Positions 29,978-39,275 of a stretch of 64,000 nucleotides of DNA are shown one piece after another. The notes beneath the pieces are model-generated. The model saw nothing but the letters and a program-made list of their open reading frames with translations, ran no database searches and was not told the origin of the DNA. How positions within the stretch are numbered: the stretch's first letter is position 1; every line of letters begins with the position of its first letter. The position numbers and the translations under genes were made by a program. Where the stretch lies: assembly GCA_024693345.1 (NCBI GenBank), contig JAILLB010000028.1, forward strand, positions 1,590 to 65,589, in the 5' to 3' direction. The DNA comes from Clostridiales bacterium (GTDB lineage: Bacteria > Bacillota > Clostridia > Oscillospirales > CAG-272).

Positions 29978-30009
29978 CCGGTGAGTACGAAACTCACCGG
30001 CAATTTTTA
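29978..30009. terminator. bidirectional terminator between recN and the convergent lipoprotein gene
   Basis: Stem CCGGTGAGT / ACTCACCGG is flanked by AAAAGG upstream and CAATTTTTAT downstream. Confidence 0.75.
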
Positions 30010-30022
30010 TTGTCGTTATAAA

Positions 30023-30532
30023 TTAGTTATTTACCGGATTATAGTATACACGGAAATTGTAGTTCTTATCCATGATTACCATAACAACGGACATCATTGC
30101 TTCATATCCCGGAACTTCAGGAGAAAGAATCTGAACCCTTGTTCCTTCAGTATATCTCATTCTGTAAGTAGGAGCAACCATGCTACCATCGGTATTGTCT
30201 ATATACTGAATTGTAAGCCAATATTCAGCGGGCTCTGTTTCTTCAGTTGTTGTCTCTTCTTCAGTTGTTGTCTCTTCAGTTGTTATCTCTTCAGTTGTAA
30301 CCTTTTCGGTTGTTGTTTCTTCTGTTGTAGTAACTTTTTCAGTGGTTGTTGTTACTTCAGCTGTTGTTGTAACTTCTGTTGTTTCTTCAGCTGTTGTTGT
30401 AACCTTTTCAGTTGTTTCAACTGTTGTTGCTTCAGTTGTAGTATTTGATTCATTTCCTGAGCATGAAACTACAGCCAATATAACAAGACATGCTGCCATT
30501 ACCAAAGCTAATACCTTAACCATTGACTTCAT
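30023..30532 (-). CDS. lipoprotein with a Thr/Glu repeat linker and a MucBP-like C-terminal domain
   Basis: Lipobox is VVSCSG. The linker is made of TTE/TTEKVTT repeats. The C-terminal LTIQYIDNTDGSMVAPTYRMRYTEGTRVQILSPEVPGYEA resembles MucBP-type adhesin modules. Confidence 0.75.
   Translation of the reverse strand: MKSMVKVLALVMAACLVILAVVSCSGNESNTTTEATTVETTEKVTTTAEETTEVTTTAEVTTTTEKVTTTEETTTEKVTTEEITTEETTTEEETTTEETEPAEYWLTIQYIDNTDGSMVAPTYRMRYTEGTRVQILSPEVPGYEAMMSVVMVIMDKNYNFRVYYNPVNN
30232..30442 (-). repeat. degenerate tandem coding repeats (Thr/Glu-rich linker)
   Basis: Reiterated CTTCAGTTGTTGT(C/A)(T/A)C units of 12-24 nt lie within the CDS. Confidence 0.7.
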
Positions 30533-30772
30533 TTTAATATCTCCTTAACGTTAATGATTTTGCTTATGAAACCCAATCTATATCCAACCAATGTCAATTA
30601 CATGGTGTGAATTTCTTGTGGTCACGTATCGATACACACATATTATAAACATATTAATTTATAAAAGCAACAAAAATTTTCACTTTTTTTGTATATATTT
30701 GTTTTTTTATCGATTTTTTACTAAACCAAACGTGTTTCTTTGCAGTTTTTATGACAATATAACGCACAATTG

Positions 30773-30802
30773 TTGACTTTTCAAGTCATAAAATGATATA
30801 AT
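30773..30802 (+). promoter_or_regulatory. SigA-type promoter of the tyrS T-box leader
   Basis: TTGACT (30773-30778), 18-nt spacer, TATAAT (30797-30802). Confidence 0.7.
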
Positions 30803-30808
30803 TCTCGT

Positions 30809-31058
30809 CGCTATGACGAAGAGAGTAGATGATTTTGATGCTCCAGAGAGTCGCCGGCAGGTGCGAGGCGATGCGTCTTTTCATTGAAGTACACTTCCGA
30901 GCAGCGCATTGAATTCAGTAGGTGTCGCCGGGTAAGCCCGTTACAGCAGTTGAGTCTCAGACTCGCAAAGGCGTTTGCCGCGAGACGAACGCAAATTGAG
31001 GTGGTAACACGATTTTTTCGTCCTCTGCTCCAAGGCAGGGGACGTTTATTTTTATTTT
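30809..31058 (+). promoter_or_regulatory. T-box riboswitch leader, tyrosine specifier (UAC)
   Basis: Stem I starts with the AGAGAGTA (GA/K-turn) motif. The specifier loop GAAGUACAC carries UAC at 30890-30892 followed by a purine. The conserved T-box sequence AAATTGAGGTGGTAACACG lies at 30993-31012. The terminator CGTCCTCTGC...GCAGGGGACG is followed by a T run at 31018-31058. tyrS is directly downstream. Confidence 0.9.
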
Positions 31059-31073
31059 CGAGAGGAACGAACA

Positions 31074-32303
31074 ATGGACATTTTACAAGAATTCAGAGAC
31101 AGAGACCTTATCGCCCAGACAACGGATATTGACGCGATTGAAAAAGCTTTTGCTGAAGGCCCCGTCACGTTTTATATAGGATTTGACCCGACCGCTGACA
31201 GTCTTCATGTAGGTCACTTCCTTCAGATGAAAATCATGTCTCATATGCAGCAGGCAGGCAATAAGCCAATTGCTCTCTTCGGTGGCGGCACAGGAATGAT
31301 TGGTGACCCGTCAGGAAAATCCGACATGAGAAAAATGCTTACAAAAGAGACTATTCAGCACAATGTTGACTGCTTCAAAGTTCAGATGTCAAAATTCATC
31401 GACACATCCGAAGGAAAAGCCATATTCGTAAACAATGCGGACTGGCTCATGGATCTCAACTACATTGAGTTTTTGAGAGAAGTCGGAATCCACTTCTCTG
31501 TCAACAGGATGCTCACAGCTGAATGCTACAAATCCAGAATGGAAAAAGGACTTACATTCCTTGAATTCAACTATATGCTCATGCAGAGCTATGACTTCTA
31601 TAAACTCAACGAGATGTACAACTGCAGACTTGAGTTCGGTGGTGACGATCAGTGGTCCAACATCATCGGAGGTGTTGAACTCCTCAGAAGAAAGAAACAG
31701 GTTGATGCTTTCGGCATGACATTCAAGCTCCTTACAAACAGCGAAGGAAAGAAAATGGGTAAGACCGAAAAAGGTGCTGTATGGCTCGACGCTGAAAAAA
31801 CAACTCCTTACGAATTCTTCCAGTATTGGAGAAACGTCGGAGATGCTGACGTAATCAAGTGCATGAAGATGCTGACATTTATTCCTGTCCCCGAAATAAA
31901 AGAATACAAGAAACTTGAAGGTTCTTCAGCAATCAACGAAGCAAAAGAAAGACTCGCTTATGAGCTTACCTTGCTCATTCACGGAAAAGAAGAAGCCGAC
32001 AAAGCACTTGCAACTGCAAGAGATGTATTCTCATCCGGAAAGACAAGCGAAGACATGCCGACAACAGAAATTTCTGAAGCAGATCTTTCCAATGGACAGA
32101 TTGGTATTCTTGATCTTCTCACAGCAGGCAAACTTGCGGTTTCAAGAAGCGAAGCCAAGAGACTCATTATCCAGGGCGGCGTAGTTGCAGGAGATGACAA
32201 GGTTGATGATTTCAATCTTGCGATTGATGCAGAAAAGCTCAGAGGCCAGGGACTTGTTATCAGAAAAGGCAAGAAAGTATTCCACAGATTCTTACTCAAG
32301 TAA
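31074..32303 (+). CDS. tyrS: tyrosine--tRNA ligase
   Basis: HIGH motif is LHVGH. KMSKS variant is KKMGKT. The C-terminal S4 domain contains [14 protein letters not shown]. Confidence 0.95.
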   Translation: MDILQEFRDRDLIAQTTDIDAIEKAFAEGPVTFYIGFDPTADSLHVGHFLQMKIMSHMQQAGNKPIALFGGGTGMIGDPSGKSDMRKMLTKETIQHNVDCFKVQMSKFIDTSEGKAIFVNNADWLMDLNYIEFLREVGIHFSVNRMLTAECYKSRMEKGLTFLEFNYMLMQSYDFYKLNEMYNCRLEFGGDDQWSNIIGGVELLRRKKQVDAFGMTFKLLTNSEGKKMGKTEKGAVWLDAEKTTPYEFFQYWRNVGDADVIKCMKMLTFIPVPEIKEYKKLEGSSAINEAKERLAYELTLLIHGKEEADKALATARDVFSSGKTSEDMPTTEISEADLSNGQIGILDLLTAGKLAVSRSEAKRLIIQGGVVAGDDKVDDFNLAIDAEKLRGQGLVIRKGKKVFHRFLLK

Positions 32304-32312
32304 CAAAAAAAC

Positions 32313-32358
32313 GGGTGCTGTTCAGTTAGTTGTTATGCTGACGAACGGCACCCTTTTT
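32313..32358. terminator. terminator between convergent tyrS and the membrane-protein gene
   Basis: Stem GGGTGCTGTTC / GAACGGCACCC (one G-T pair) is followed by TTTTT, with an A run upstream. Confidence 0.7.
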
Positions 32359-32376
32359 CTATTCAATTATCCTGTC

Positions 32377-33351
32377 TTATTCTTGCAAGGATTTGCGCAA
32401 AGCAGCAAACTTTGGAGATTTTGAATCGAGTTCAGCAAATGAACTTTCAGAAGGAATATCTTTCATTCCTGCTTCCATGTAGTTTCTGAGAACGCCGACA
32501 AGTATAAATGGACGAACGAAACAAGAATGAATGAAGCTCCAGATTACAATTCCGATTACACCAGCTATTATAAGCATAAGAGTTGTCGGATTTGTCAAGA
32601 CTTCGTGAATCTCTATTTCATGACGAGTAGAGAGTTCTGCAATCTCATTTGCAAGAGCTGTAAATGAGTTAGGCATTGCCTGGAAAATGAGATATGAAAT
32701 TCCAAATACGGAACCGCCAAACAACACGAGTGAGGCAAGACCCATTCCGAAAATACGGCCTACATTTTTTGCAAATGCTTTTCCGTGCTTGAAGAAAAGA
32801 ACTGCGCCTTCAAGAGTTGCCTTGGCACTGCCTTTGTCTTTTCTGTAGAAAACCCAGCCGAGACAACAATCGCACATGTATGCCACTATTGTTTGTATGG
32901 CACTTGAAATAGCAGATCCGATTGTGCCGCCTGTGTCTCCTCCTATGGCATTACCCAATGCGGTTATGCCGCGTCCAATCTGGTTAAAGATTGACTTAAT
33001 TATATTAGTTACGGCAAAAAGTGCAGCAACTGTTGCAAATCTTTCTTTTACGACTTTTTTGCCTTCCTGATAAACATTGTCAGGAAGTTTGTTTTCCGTG
33101 ATACCGTATGTCATCATGGCAATCTGGCCTGCTTTGATGGAGTAAGAAATAAAGTGTCCAACCAATGCGGCAATTACCAGTCCCACAAACAAACCAATGA
33201 CCAATCCGAGCAATCCCAGATTGTTTACTTTGTTCATTACAAGGAATCCTGCGGTTGCAAGACCTGCAACAACAATCAAAGTAATCAGATCAACAAACAG
33301 CTTGTGAATGGAAAAGCATAATGTTTTTTTGTACAATTCTTTGTTGTTCAT
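32377..33351 (-). CDS. polytopic membrane protein of unknown function
   Basis: There are 5-6 hydrophobic helices and a Gly-rich loop (GNAIGGDTGGTIGSAISS). No recognisable catalytic motif. Confidence 0.7.
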   Translation of the reverse strand: MNNKELYKKTLCFSIHKLFVDLITLIVVAGLATAGFLVMNKVNNLGLLGLVIGLFVGLVIAALVGHFISYSIKAGQIAMMTYGITENKLPDNVYQEGKKVVKERFATVAALFAVTNIIKSIFNQIGRGITALGNAIGGDTGGTIGSAISSAIQTIVAYMCDCCLGWVFYRKDKGSAKATLEGAVLFFKHGKAFAKNVGRIFGMGLASLVLFGGSVFGISYLIFQAMPNSFTALANEIAELSTRHEIEIHEVLTNPTTLMLIIAGVIGIVIWSFIHSCFVRPFILVGVLRNYMEAGMKDIPSESSFAELDSKSPKFAALRKSLQE

Positions 33352-33413
33352 CCAAAGTCCTCTTTTATGTTTTTGTTAATTATTCTTTCTTGATTATCCA
33401 TCAAGTTTGAACC

Positions 33414-35777
33414 TTATTTCACGTCGACAATCATGTTTTCTCCGTCGGAGTCAACAGTGACTTTCTTGAGTTTTTTACTGTAGCCTGCAATAAGTTTTTC
33501 AGCTGCTACGTCTTCGATGTTCTTTGTTATGTATCTGCGCATGTTTCTTGCACCGAATTTGACCGAGAAAGACTTTTCAGCGATGCATTCGATTGCTTTG
33601 TCAGTCCATGTGATTGTCAGTCCTTTGCTCTCAAGAGCAGTCTTCAGATCACCCATCATTATTAAGGCAATCTTCTTGAAGTCTTCCTTGTCCAGAGATC
33701 TGAATGTGATTATTTCATCAACTCTGTTGATAAACTCCGGTCTGAGGAAATCAAGGAGAGCTTTTTCAGTTCTGTTTTCGGAAATCTGGTCTGTTGTTGC
33801 ACCGAATCCGGTGGTGTTCATTCCGGTTGAGCTGCCTGCGTTTGTCGTCATGACTATAATGCAGTTGTCAAACTTCACTTCTACTCCTCTGGCATCGGTT
33901 ACTCTTCCGTCATCGAGTATCTGAAGAAGAATGTTGAGTACGTCCGGATGAGCTTTTTCAATCTCATCAAACAAAACCACAGAATAAGGTCTTCTCCTGA
34001 TTTTCTCTGTGAGCTGACCAGCATCATCATATCCGACATATCCCGGAGGTGATCCGATGAGTTTGGATACAGTGTGCTTTTCCATGTACTCACTCATGTC
34101 GAGTCTTATCATGGACTCTGGTGAGTTAAACAGGTCATTTGCAAGCACTTTGACGAGTTCGGTCTTTCCTATTCCGGTAGGGCCAGCGAATATAAATGAA
34201 GCTGGTTTTCTCTTGTATGAGACTCCGGCTCTGCTGCGCTTGATTGCTCTTACAACGGCGTCAACTGCCTTGTCCTGACCTATAATTCTAGCCTTAAGTC
34301 TGTCTGAAAGACCATTGAGTCTTTCGAACTCATTTTCTGTAATAGAACCTGCCGGGACACCTGTCCACACCTCAATAACGTGGGCAAGTGCATCCATGCT
34401 GAGTTCTATCGTTGACATCTCGACTTTGAGTTTTTCATACTCTTCTTCGTTCTTCAATGTCTCCGACTTAATTTCAGCAACTTCGGCATATCTCTTGTTT
34501 ATATCTTCTTCCTTTTCATCCTTTGAAGGCTGTTTTTCTTCGAGTTCCTTCTCTTTGGATTTCAGTTCCTCAAGCTTCTTTTCAACTTCTGCAACCCTGG
34601 ACAATACGGGAGAATTGAGAGCAACATATGAAGCTGCTTCATCCAATAGGTCTATCGCCTTATCCGGAAGATATCTGTCGGTGATATATCTCTCCGAAAG
34701 TTCAACGGCTCTGTCTACTATTTCTTCTGAGATGTGAATTCTGTGGTATTCCTCGTAGTATTTCTTGATGCCTTCAAGCATTTGTTTTGCTGTGTCGATA
34801 GAAGGTTCTTCAACGTAGATAGGCTGGAAACGTCTCTCGAGTGCAGTGTCCTTCTCTATGTATTTCCTGTACTCGGCAAGTGTTGTGGTGCCTATAATCT
34901 GAATCTCTCCTCTTGACAGAGCGGGTTTCAAAATGTTAGCAGCATTCATGCTTCCTTCGGAATCTCCGACACCGACTATGCTGTGTACTTCATCTATTAC
35001 GAGTATGATGTTTCCGAGCGCTTTTACTTCCTCAATCAATCCCTTGATTCTGCTCTCGAACTGACCTCTGAACTGTGTTCCGGCAACTAGAGCTGTAAGG
35101 TCCAACAGATGAACCTCTTTGTCTTTGAGTTTGAACGGAACACTACCATCGGCTATTCTCTGTGCAAGTCCTTCTGCAATTGCGGTTTTACCTACACCTG
35201 CTTCACCAATGAGACAAGGATTGTTTTTCTGTCTTCTGGTGAGTATCTGCATTGTCCTGGTAATCTCTTTTTCTCTTCCGATCACCGGATCAAGTTTTCC
35301 TTCTTTTGCTGCCTGTGACAGATCGCGACAGTACATCGGAACAAATTTACGCATAATCGGTCTCTTCTCTTTTTTCTGATCTACGTAGTTTTTCCCGTTT
35401 CTGCCTAAGCCGTTGTTGCGGTTGGGATTGTTCTGGCCATTAGGAAGTCCGTTTGGATTTGGAATCGGATTCGGATTTCCGACAGGGCCGAAATTCATCT
35501 GGCTGAGAATCTTGCCAATATCGAGAGAAGGTGCGTGTGGAGAATCTTCATTGTCGTCGCCGTTCGCACTGTCCGCGAGAACTTCTCCCATGCTGTCTTC
35601 CATGCTTTCAAGGTCCTCATCGGAAATACCGAGTTTCTGAATTATATTGTTAACCTGAGGAATTCCAATCTCTTTAGCGCACTTCAGGCAGAGGCCTTCG
35701 TTCTTGGTCTCTCCGTTTTCAATCTTTGTTACAAAAATCACTGCCATTCTCTTGTGGCATCTTGAACATAATTGCAT
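33414..35777 (-). CDS. two-ring Clp/Hsp100 AAA+ ATPase (ClpC/ClpA-like) with an N-terminal C4 zinc ribbon instead of Clp_N repeats
   Basis: D1 Walker A is GEAGVGKT and D2 Walker A is GPTGIGKT. Walker B motifs are VIDEVH and LFDEIEKA. There is a short coiled-coil M-domain. The N-terminus has CSRC-x22-CLKC and then an Asn/Pro/Gly-rich linker. A possible ClpP loop is TGFG. Confidence 0.85.
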   Translation of the reverse strand: MQLCSRCHKRMAVIFVTKIENGETKNEGLCLKCAKEIGIPQVNNIIQKLGISDEDLESMEDSMGEVLADSANGDDNEDSPHAPSLDIGKILSQMNFGPVGNPNPIPNPNGLPNGQNNPNRNNGLGRNGKNYVDQKKEKRPIMRKFVPMYCRDLSQAAKEGKLDPVIGREKEITRTMQILTRRQKNNPCLIGEAGVGKTAIAEGLAQRIADGSVPFKLKDKEVHLLDLTALVAGTQFRGQFESRIKGLIEEVKALGNIILVIDEVHSIVGVGDSEGSMNAANILKPALSRGEIQIIGTTTLAEYRKYIEKDTALERRFQPIYVEEPSIDTAKQMLEGIKKYYEEYHRIHISEEIVDRAVELSERYITDRYLPDKAIDLLDEAASYVALNSPVLSRVAEVEKKLEELKSKEKELEEKQPSKDEKEEDINKRYAEVAEIKSETLKNEEEYEKLKVEMSTIELSMDALAHVIEVWTGVPAGSITENEFERLNGLSDRLKARIIGQDKAVDAVVRAIKRSRAGVSYKRKPASFIFAGPTGIGKTELVKVLANDLFNSPESMIRLDMSEYMEKHTVSKLIGSPPGYVGYDDAGQLTEKIRRRPYSVVLFDEIEKAHPDVLNILLQILDDGRVTDARGVEVKFDNCIIVMTTNAGSSTGMNTTGFGATTDQISENRTEKALLDFLRPEFINRVDEIITFRSLDKEDFKKIALIMMGDLKTALESKGLTITWTDKAIECIAEKSFSVKFGARNMRRYITKNIEDVAAEKLIAGYSKKLKKVTVDSDGENMIVDVK

Positions 35778-35827
35778 GTGTATGTATCCATTTCCGGCTT
35801 AAAGCCTAATTGTTTTCGTTTTTTGTC

Positions 35828-36493
35828 TTACCAGGATGTTATCCAGTTCATCAAAAGTGACATGGGGTTGAAATCCAGGAACAGTTTATAGAATATCGTG
35901 TCCACCATTTCCATACTGAACGCATCCGGATATGAATTTGCCAGCCATGGCAAAATCGTACTTGCAAAGAAGTGTGACAAAAGCCATGTGGAGAAAAAAC
36001 CTTCCAGTACACCCAGAACAACTCCAAGCACCTTGTTTACTGGGTTCAGCGCAGTATCCTTCATAGCCCTTGTAATAATGAGTGCAAGGAGCTTTATAAT
36101 CAAAACCACGATAGCAAATACTCCAAGAAATGCTATGATGTATGACAACGCAACTGCCATATAGTTGTTCAAAATCTGGTTTGCCTGCGAAGAAACATCT
36201 CCTGAGTTCTGAACTCCTTCCATCATGTAGTTCAAAAGTGTTGTAATTTTGTCCCACAGTGTTGCAGAAGTACTGAAATCTGGCATTTCCACATCCGACA
36301 TCATAGACTGGATGAATGGCATGGTACGTATCCATTGTGACAGCGGCTCACAGAATTTGTAGGCCAGAAATCCGCCCACTATAAATGATGCTATGCCGGC
36401 AAGTTGCTTAATAAATCCCTTTTTGAGTCCGATTATTCCGCTTACGATGACAATAATCAGAAACACTCCGGGTACTATGTAATTGGATATCAC
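35828..36493 (-). CDS. cvpA: CvpA family membrane protein
   Basis: Small 4-5 TM protein with a CvpA-like N-terminus (IIGLKKGFIKQLAGIASFIVGGFLAYKF). Confidence 0.7.
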   Translation of the reverse strand: MISNYIVPGVFLIIVIVSGIIGLKKGFIKQLAGIASFIVGGFLAYKFCEPLSQWIRTMPFIQSMMSDVEMPDFSTSATLWDKITTLLNYMMEGVQNSGDVSSQANQILNNYMAVALSYIIAFLGVFAIVVLIIKLLALIITRAMKDTALNPVNKVLGVVLGVLEGFFSTWLLSHFFASTILPWLANSYPDAFSMEMVDTIFYKLFLDFNPMSLLMNWITSW

Positions 36494-37644
36494 GATTTCA
36501 CCTCCTTTACGTTGGACAGCAGGTCCGTTCTGTCATCAAAACAGAGCATTACATCTGACGAACCGAGCAAGAATAAATCTCTCACCCCGTAAACTTCCGT
36601 TTTTTCTATCTGTCCGTCATCTGATGCGGAATAAATTCCGCTCGATGAGAGCAGGAACATTCTACTTTCATCGAAGACACACTTCAATGCTTTTCCTTCA
36701 CAGTTAACAGTAAGTTTACTTTTTCCTTCTTTTGTTAACAATTTGCTTGTTGTCACCCCGTCCTTGTAGGTGGAAACAACAACTCCGTTTTCGCCTTTGA
36801 ATATTCTCAGAAGATTTCCTTCAAAGGACAACTTCTCTGTTTCTTTGAATGATGAATCGAAGAACCTGATGCATTTGTCCGTTATGCAGTAGAGTCTGTC
36901 GGCGACAAATCCGACCGATACAGATATCTCTCCTGTATATTTTTCTCTCAATAATTCTTTTTCGTCGCTGATTCTATTGACGACGACATTTGCCGTTCTG
37001 AAAGAATCCTGCTGATCCTGAATCAGAACCGCAATCATTTTTTCATTTTCATCCAGTGCGCAGTCATAAATCGTACCGGATGTTTTTTCGGTTTTCATAA
37101 CCGATTTGAATTCTTTGCTGTACACTTCAGCATACATCTCAGAACCACTTGCACTTATTGTCGCAAATCCTCCGAGTTTTCCCGTCACAACTTTTGACAA
37201 GGTATTGTCAGTTGTGAAAGAATATGCTTCGGAATAGTAGTTATACAAAAGTATATTTCCCGAATTTGTGTTGTAGCAGCAGTAATATTTGCCATTTGCG
37301 TTCATTTCGTCACAACCGTTATCAAAGCTTGCAAGCTTGATTCCGCCCAGGCTGTAAAAGTTTAAAACACCATTTGAAAAAACCACAAGCTGGTTGTCAA
37401 ATATTGCAAATTTTGAATCCTGAGACGACGAATAATACACTCCGACATATTCTGATTCGGACAATTTGGGGTTGATCCTTATGTAGTTTATAAACGAGTC
37501 AAAACTGCTGATTGAAAGATGTGATCTTCCGGCAATCGACGCTATTACTGTAAACAGAATGAGCACAATGAGGGTAACGTACTTCAAAATGCGGAATACC
37601 TTCTCGCGTTTTGAGTAATAACTGGATTTTTCTTCACTGTCCAA
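36490..37644 (-). CDS. membrane-anchored protein of unknown function (beta-rich, possibly propeller-like)
   Basis: One N-terminal TM helix (YVTLIVLILFTVIASIA) is followed by about 330 aa of repetitive beta-strand-like sequence. ATGA-type overlap with cvpA. Confidence 0.7.
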   Translation of the reverse strand: MDSEEKSSYYSKREKVFRILKYVTLIVLILFTVIASIAGRSHLSISSFDSFINYIRINPKLSESEYVGVYYSSSQDSKFAIFDNQLVVFSNGVLNFYSLGGIKLASFDNGCDEMNANGKYYCCYNTNSGNILLYNYYSEAYSFTTDNTLSKVVTGKLGGFATISASGSEMYAEVYSKEFKSVMKTEKTSGTIYDCALDENEKMIAVLIQDQQDSFRTANVVVNRISDEKELLREKYTGEISVSVGFVADRLYCITDKCIRFFDSSFKETEKLSFEGNLLRIFKGENGVVVSTYKDGVTTSKLLTKEGKSKLTVNCEGKALKCVFDESRMFLLSSSGIYSASDDGQIEKTEVYGVRDLFLLGSSDVMLCFDDRTDLLSNVKEVKS

Positions 37645-37668
37645 TTACTCCACCCCCCTTTTTTATGG

Positions 37669-38439
37669 TCAAATCAGGTTGTCTTCAATATATCTTGTAT
37701 CAAGGAAAACTTCGTCAAGACAGAGACCGCATCCGGGAAGCGTTCTTCCGGCGGATTTTCTCTCGCCTTTTCCAAGTATCGATTCTATGTCTTCTGTCTG
37801 TATCTTTCCTTCTGACACTTCAAGCAGTGTACCCGCAATAATGCGGACCATGTTGTACAAAAATCCGTCAGCTGCAACTTTTATCTTTACAAAGTCGCCT
37901 TCTCTTGAAACAGAACACTCGCTTATTGTCCTGACGGTGTTTTCAATTTCACTTCCGCTGGCCATGAAAGATTTAAAGTCATGAATGCCGACAAAACACG
38001 ATGCAGCCCTGTTCATGATCTCGCAATCAATCTCTCTGGGATAGAAATATGCTCTGTCAAATGAGAAAGGATCAGGGGTTTTGGCATTGTTGATTGAGTA
38101 GACATATCTCTTTCCGACCACTGCCCTTTTTATTCTGAACTCATCTTTCACTTTCCATGACCGAAGAACACTTATGTCATCGGGCAGAAATGTATTCATT
38201 GCCTTTGTCATGTTTTCACATGCTATGTCAGGGCAGCCATCAGACTGTATGCATACATAGTATTCTTTTGCATGAACTCCGGCATCCGTCCTGCTGCATC
38301 CTGCAGATATGACGTTATTCTTACCGAATATGGTGTTTGCGGCTCTTTCCAGTTCTCCCTGGATTGTGATCTGGTCAGGCTGTACCTGGAAACCGCAATA
38401 CCTTGTTCCCAGATATGCAATTTTCATCAAGTACTTCAT
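37669..38439 (-). CDS. truA: tRNA pseudouridine(38-40) synthase TruA
   Basis: KIAYLGTRYCGFQVQP is present, and the catalytic Asp context is CSRTDAGVHA. The start is taken at the ATG overlapping the ecfT stop (ATGA); the ATG at 38427 is also possible. Confidence 0.88.
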   Translation of the reverse strand: MKYLMKIAYLGTRYCGFQVQPDQITIQGELERAANTIFGKNNVISAGCSRTDAGVHAKEYYVCIQSDGCPDIACENMTKAMNTFLPDDISVLRSWKVKDEFRIKRAVVGKRYVYSINNAKTPDPFSFDRAYFYPREIDCEIMNRAASCFVGIHDFKSFMASGSEIENTVRTISECSVSREGDFVKIKVAADGFLYNMVRIIAGTLLEVSEGKIQTEDIESILGKGERKSAGRTLPGCGLCLDEVFLDTRYIEDNLI

Positions 38440-39275
38440 ACGATATAGAAAGGCAGATAGATGTTTATGACGATAATTATCGCAATCATTGAGGCGACCA
38501 TGAAAAGCCACAAAAAATCAGTGAATCTGAATCTGAGCTTTATCATTTTCGTCCTGCCTTCTCCTCCTCTGTAACATCTGCACTCCATTGCAGTTGCAAG
38601 TTCGTCCGCCCTTCTGAAAGAAGATACAAAAAGCGGTATGAGAATTGGCACGAGTGCCTTTATTCTCTTTATGATGTTTCCCGATGAGAAGTCCGAACCT
38701 CTTGCCTTCTGGGCTGACATTATCTTATCGGTTTCTTCAATAATGGTCGGAATGAATCTCATCGCTATTGTCATCATCATTGAAAACTCATGAACCGGTA
38801 TATGCAGTTTTCCGAGTGGCGCAAGCATCTGTTCAAGGCCGTCTGTAAGAGCTATCGGAGATGTCGTATAAGTCAGTATTACGCTTGTCCCGATAATGAT
38901 GCACGCAATTCTTGTCAGCATATACACAGCGGATATGATTCCCTCGAGGTATATGTTGATTATCCAGAACGATGCAAGTAAATGTGCACCTTCCTTGGGC
39001 TGGTACCAGAATATGTTTATGATGCCAGTTATTATGATGATTATTATGAGCGGCTTTAAGCTCTTGAGAATTGTTATTATCGGGATTTTTGAGAACAATA
39101 TCAGCAGAATTGCAGTCAGAAGAATGAATCCGTACGCAATCGCAGATTTTGCAAAGAATATTGCAACTATGTACACAATTGCAGAAATCAGCTTCATTCT
39201 CGGGTCAATTCTGTGGATTGGCGAATTCAGCGGAAAATACTGTCCCAGGGTGATATCCTTAAGCACCTTTATCAC
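38436..39275 (-). CDS. ecfT: ECF transporter transmembrane (T) component
   Basis: CbiQ/EcfT-like pattern with a conserved ARG motif (MSAQKARGSDF). The gene lies downstream of two ecfA genes. Confidence 0.9.
   Translation of the reverse strand: MIKVLKDITLGQYFPLNSPIHRIDPRMKLISAIVYIVAIFFAKSAIAYGFILLTAILLILFSKIPIITILKSLKPLIIIIIITGIINIFWYQPKEGAHLLASFWIINIYLEGIISAVYMLTRIACIIIGTSVILTYTTSPIALTDGLEQMLAPLGKLHIPVHEFSMMMTIAMRFIPTIIEETDKIMSAQKARGSDFSSGNIIKRIKALVPILIPLFVSSFRRADELATAMECRCYRGGEGRTKMIKLRFRFTDFLWLFMVASMIAIIIVINIYLPFYIV

Noticed and set aside
30232-30442. Regularly spaced short repeats that could be mistaken for a CRISPR array.
   Set aside because: The units are 12-24 nt, directly abutting with no unique spacers. 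They sit in frame inside a lipoprotein CDS encoding a Thr/Glu linker. There are no cas genes in the window.
30591-30776. A 61-aa ORF in the AT-rich spacer upstream of the tyrS T-box.
   Set aside because: It has extreme AT-rich, Phe/Ile/Tyr-biased composition and no RBS. It overlaps the tyrS promoter region, so the spacer is most likely non-coding.
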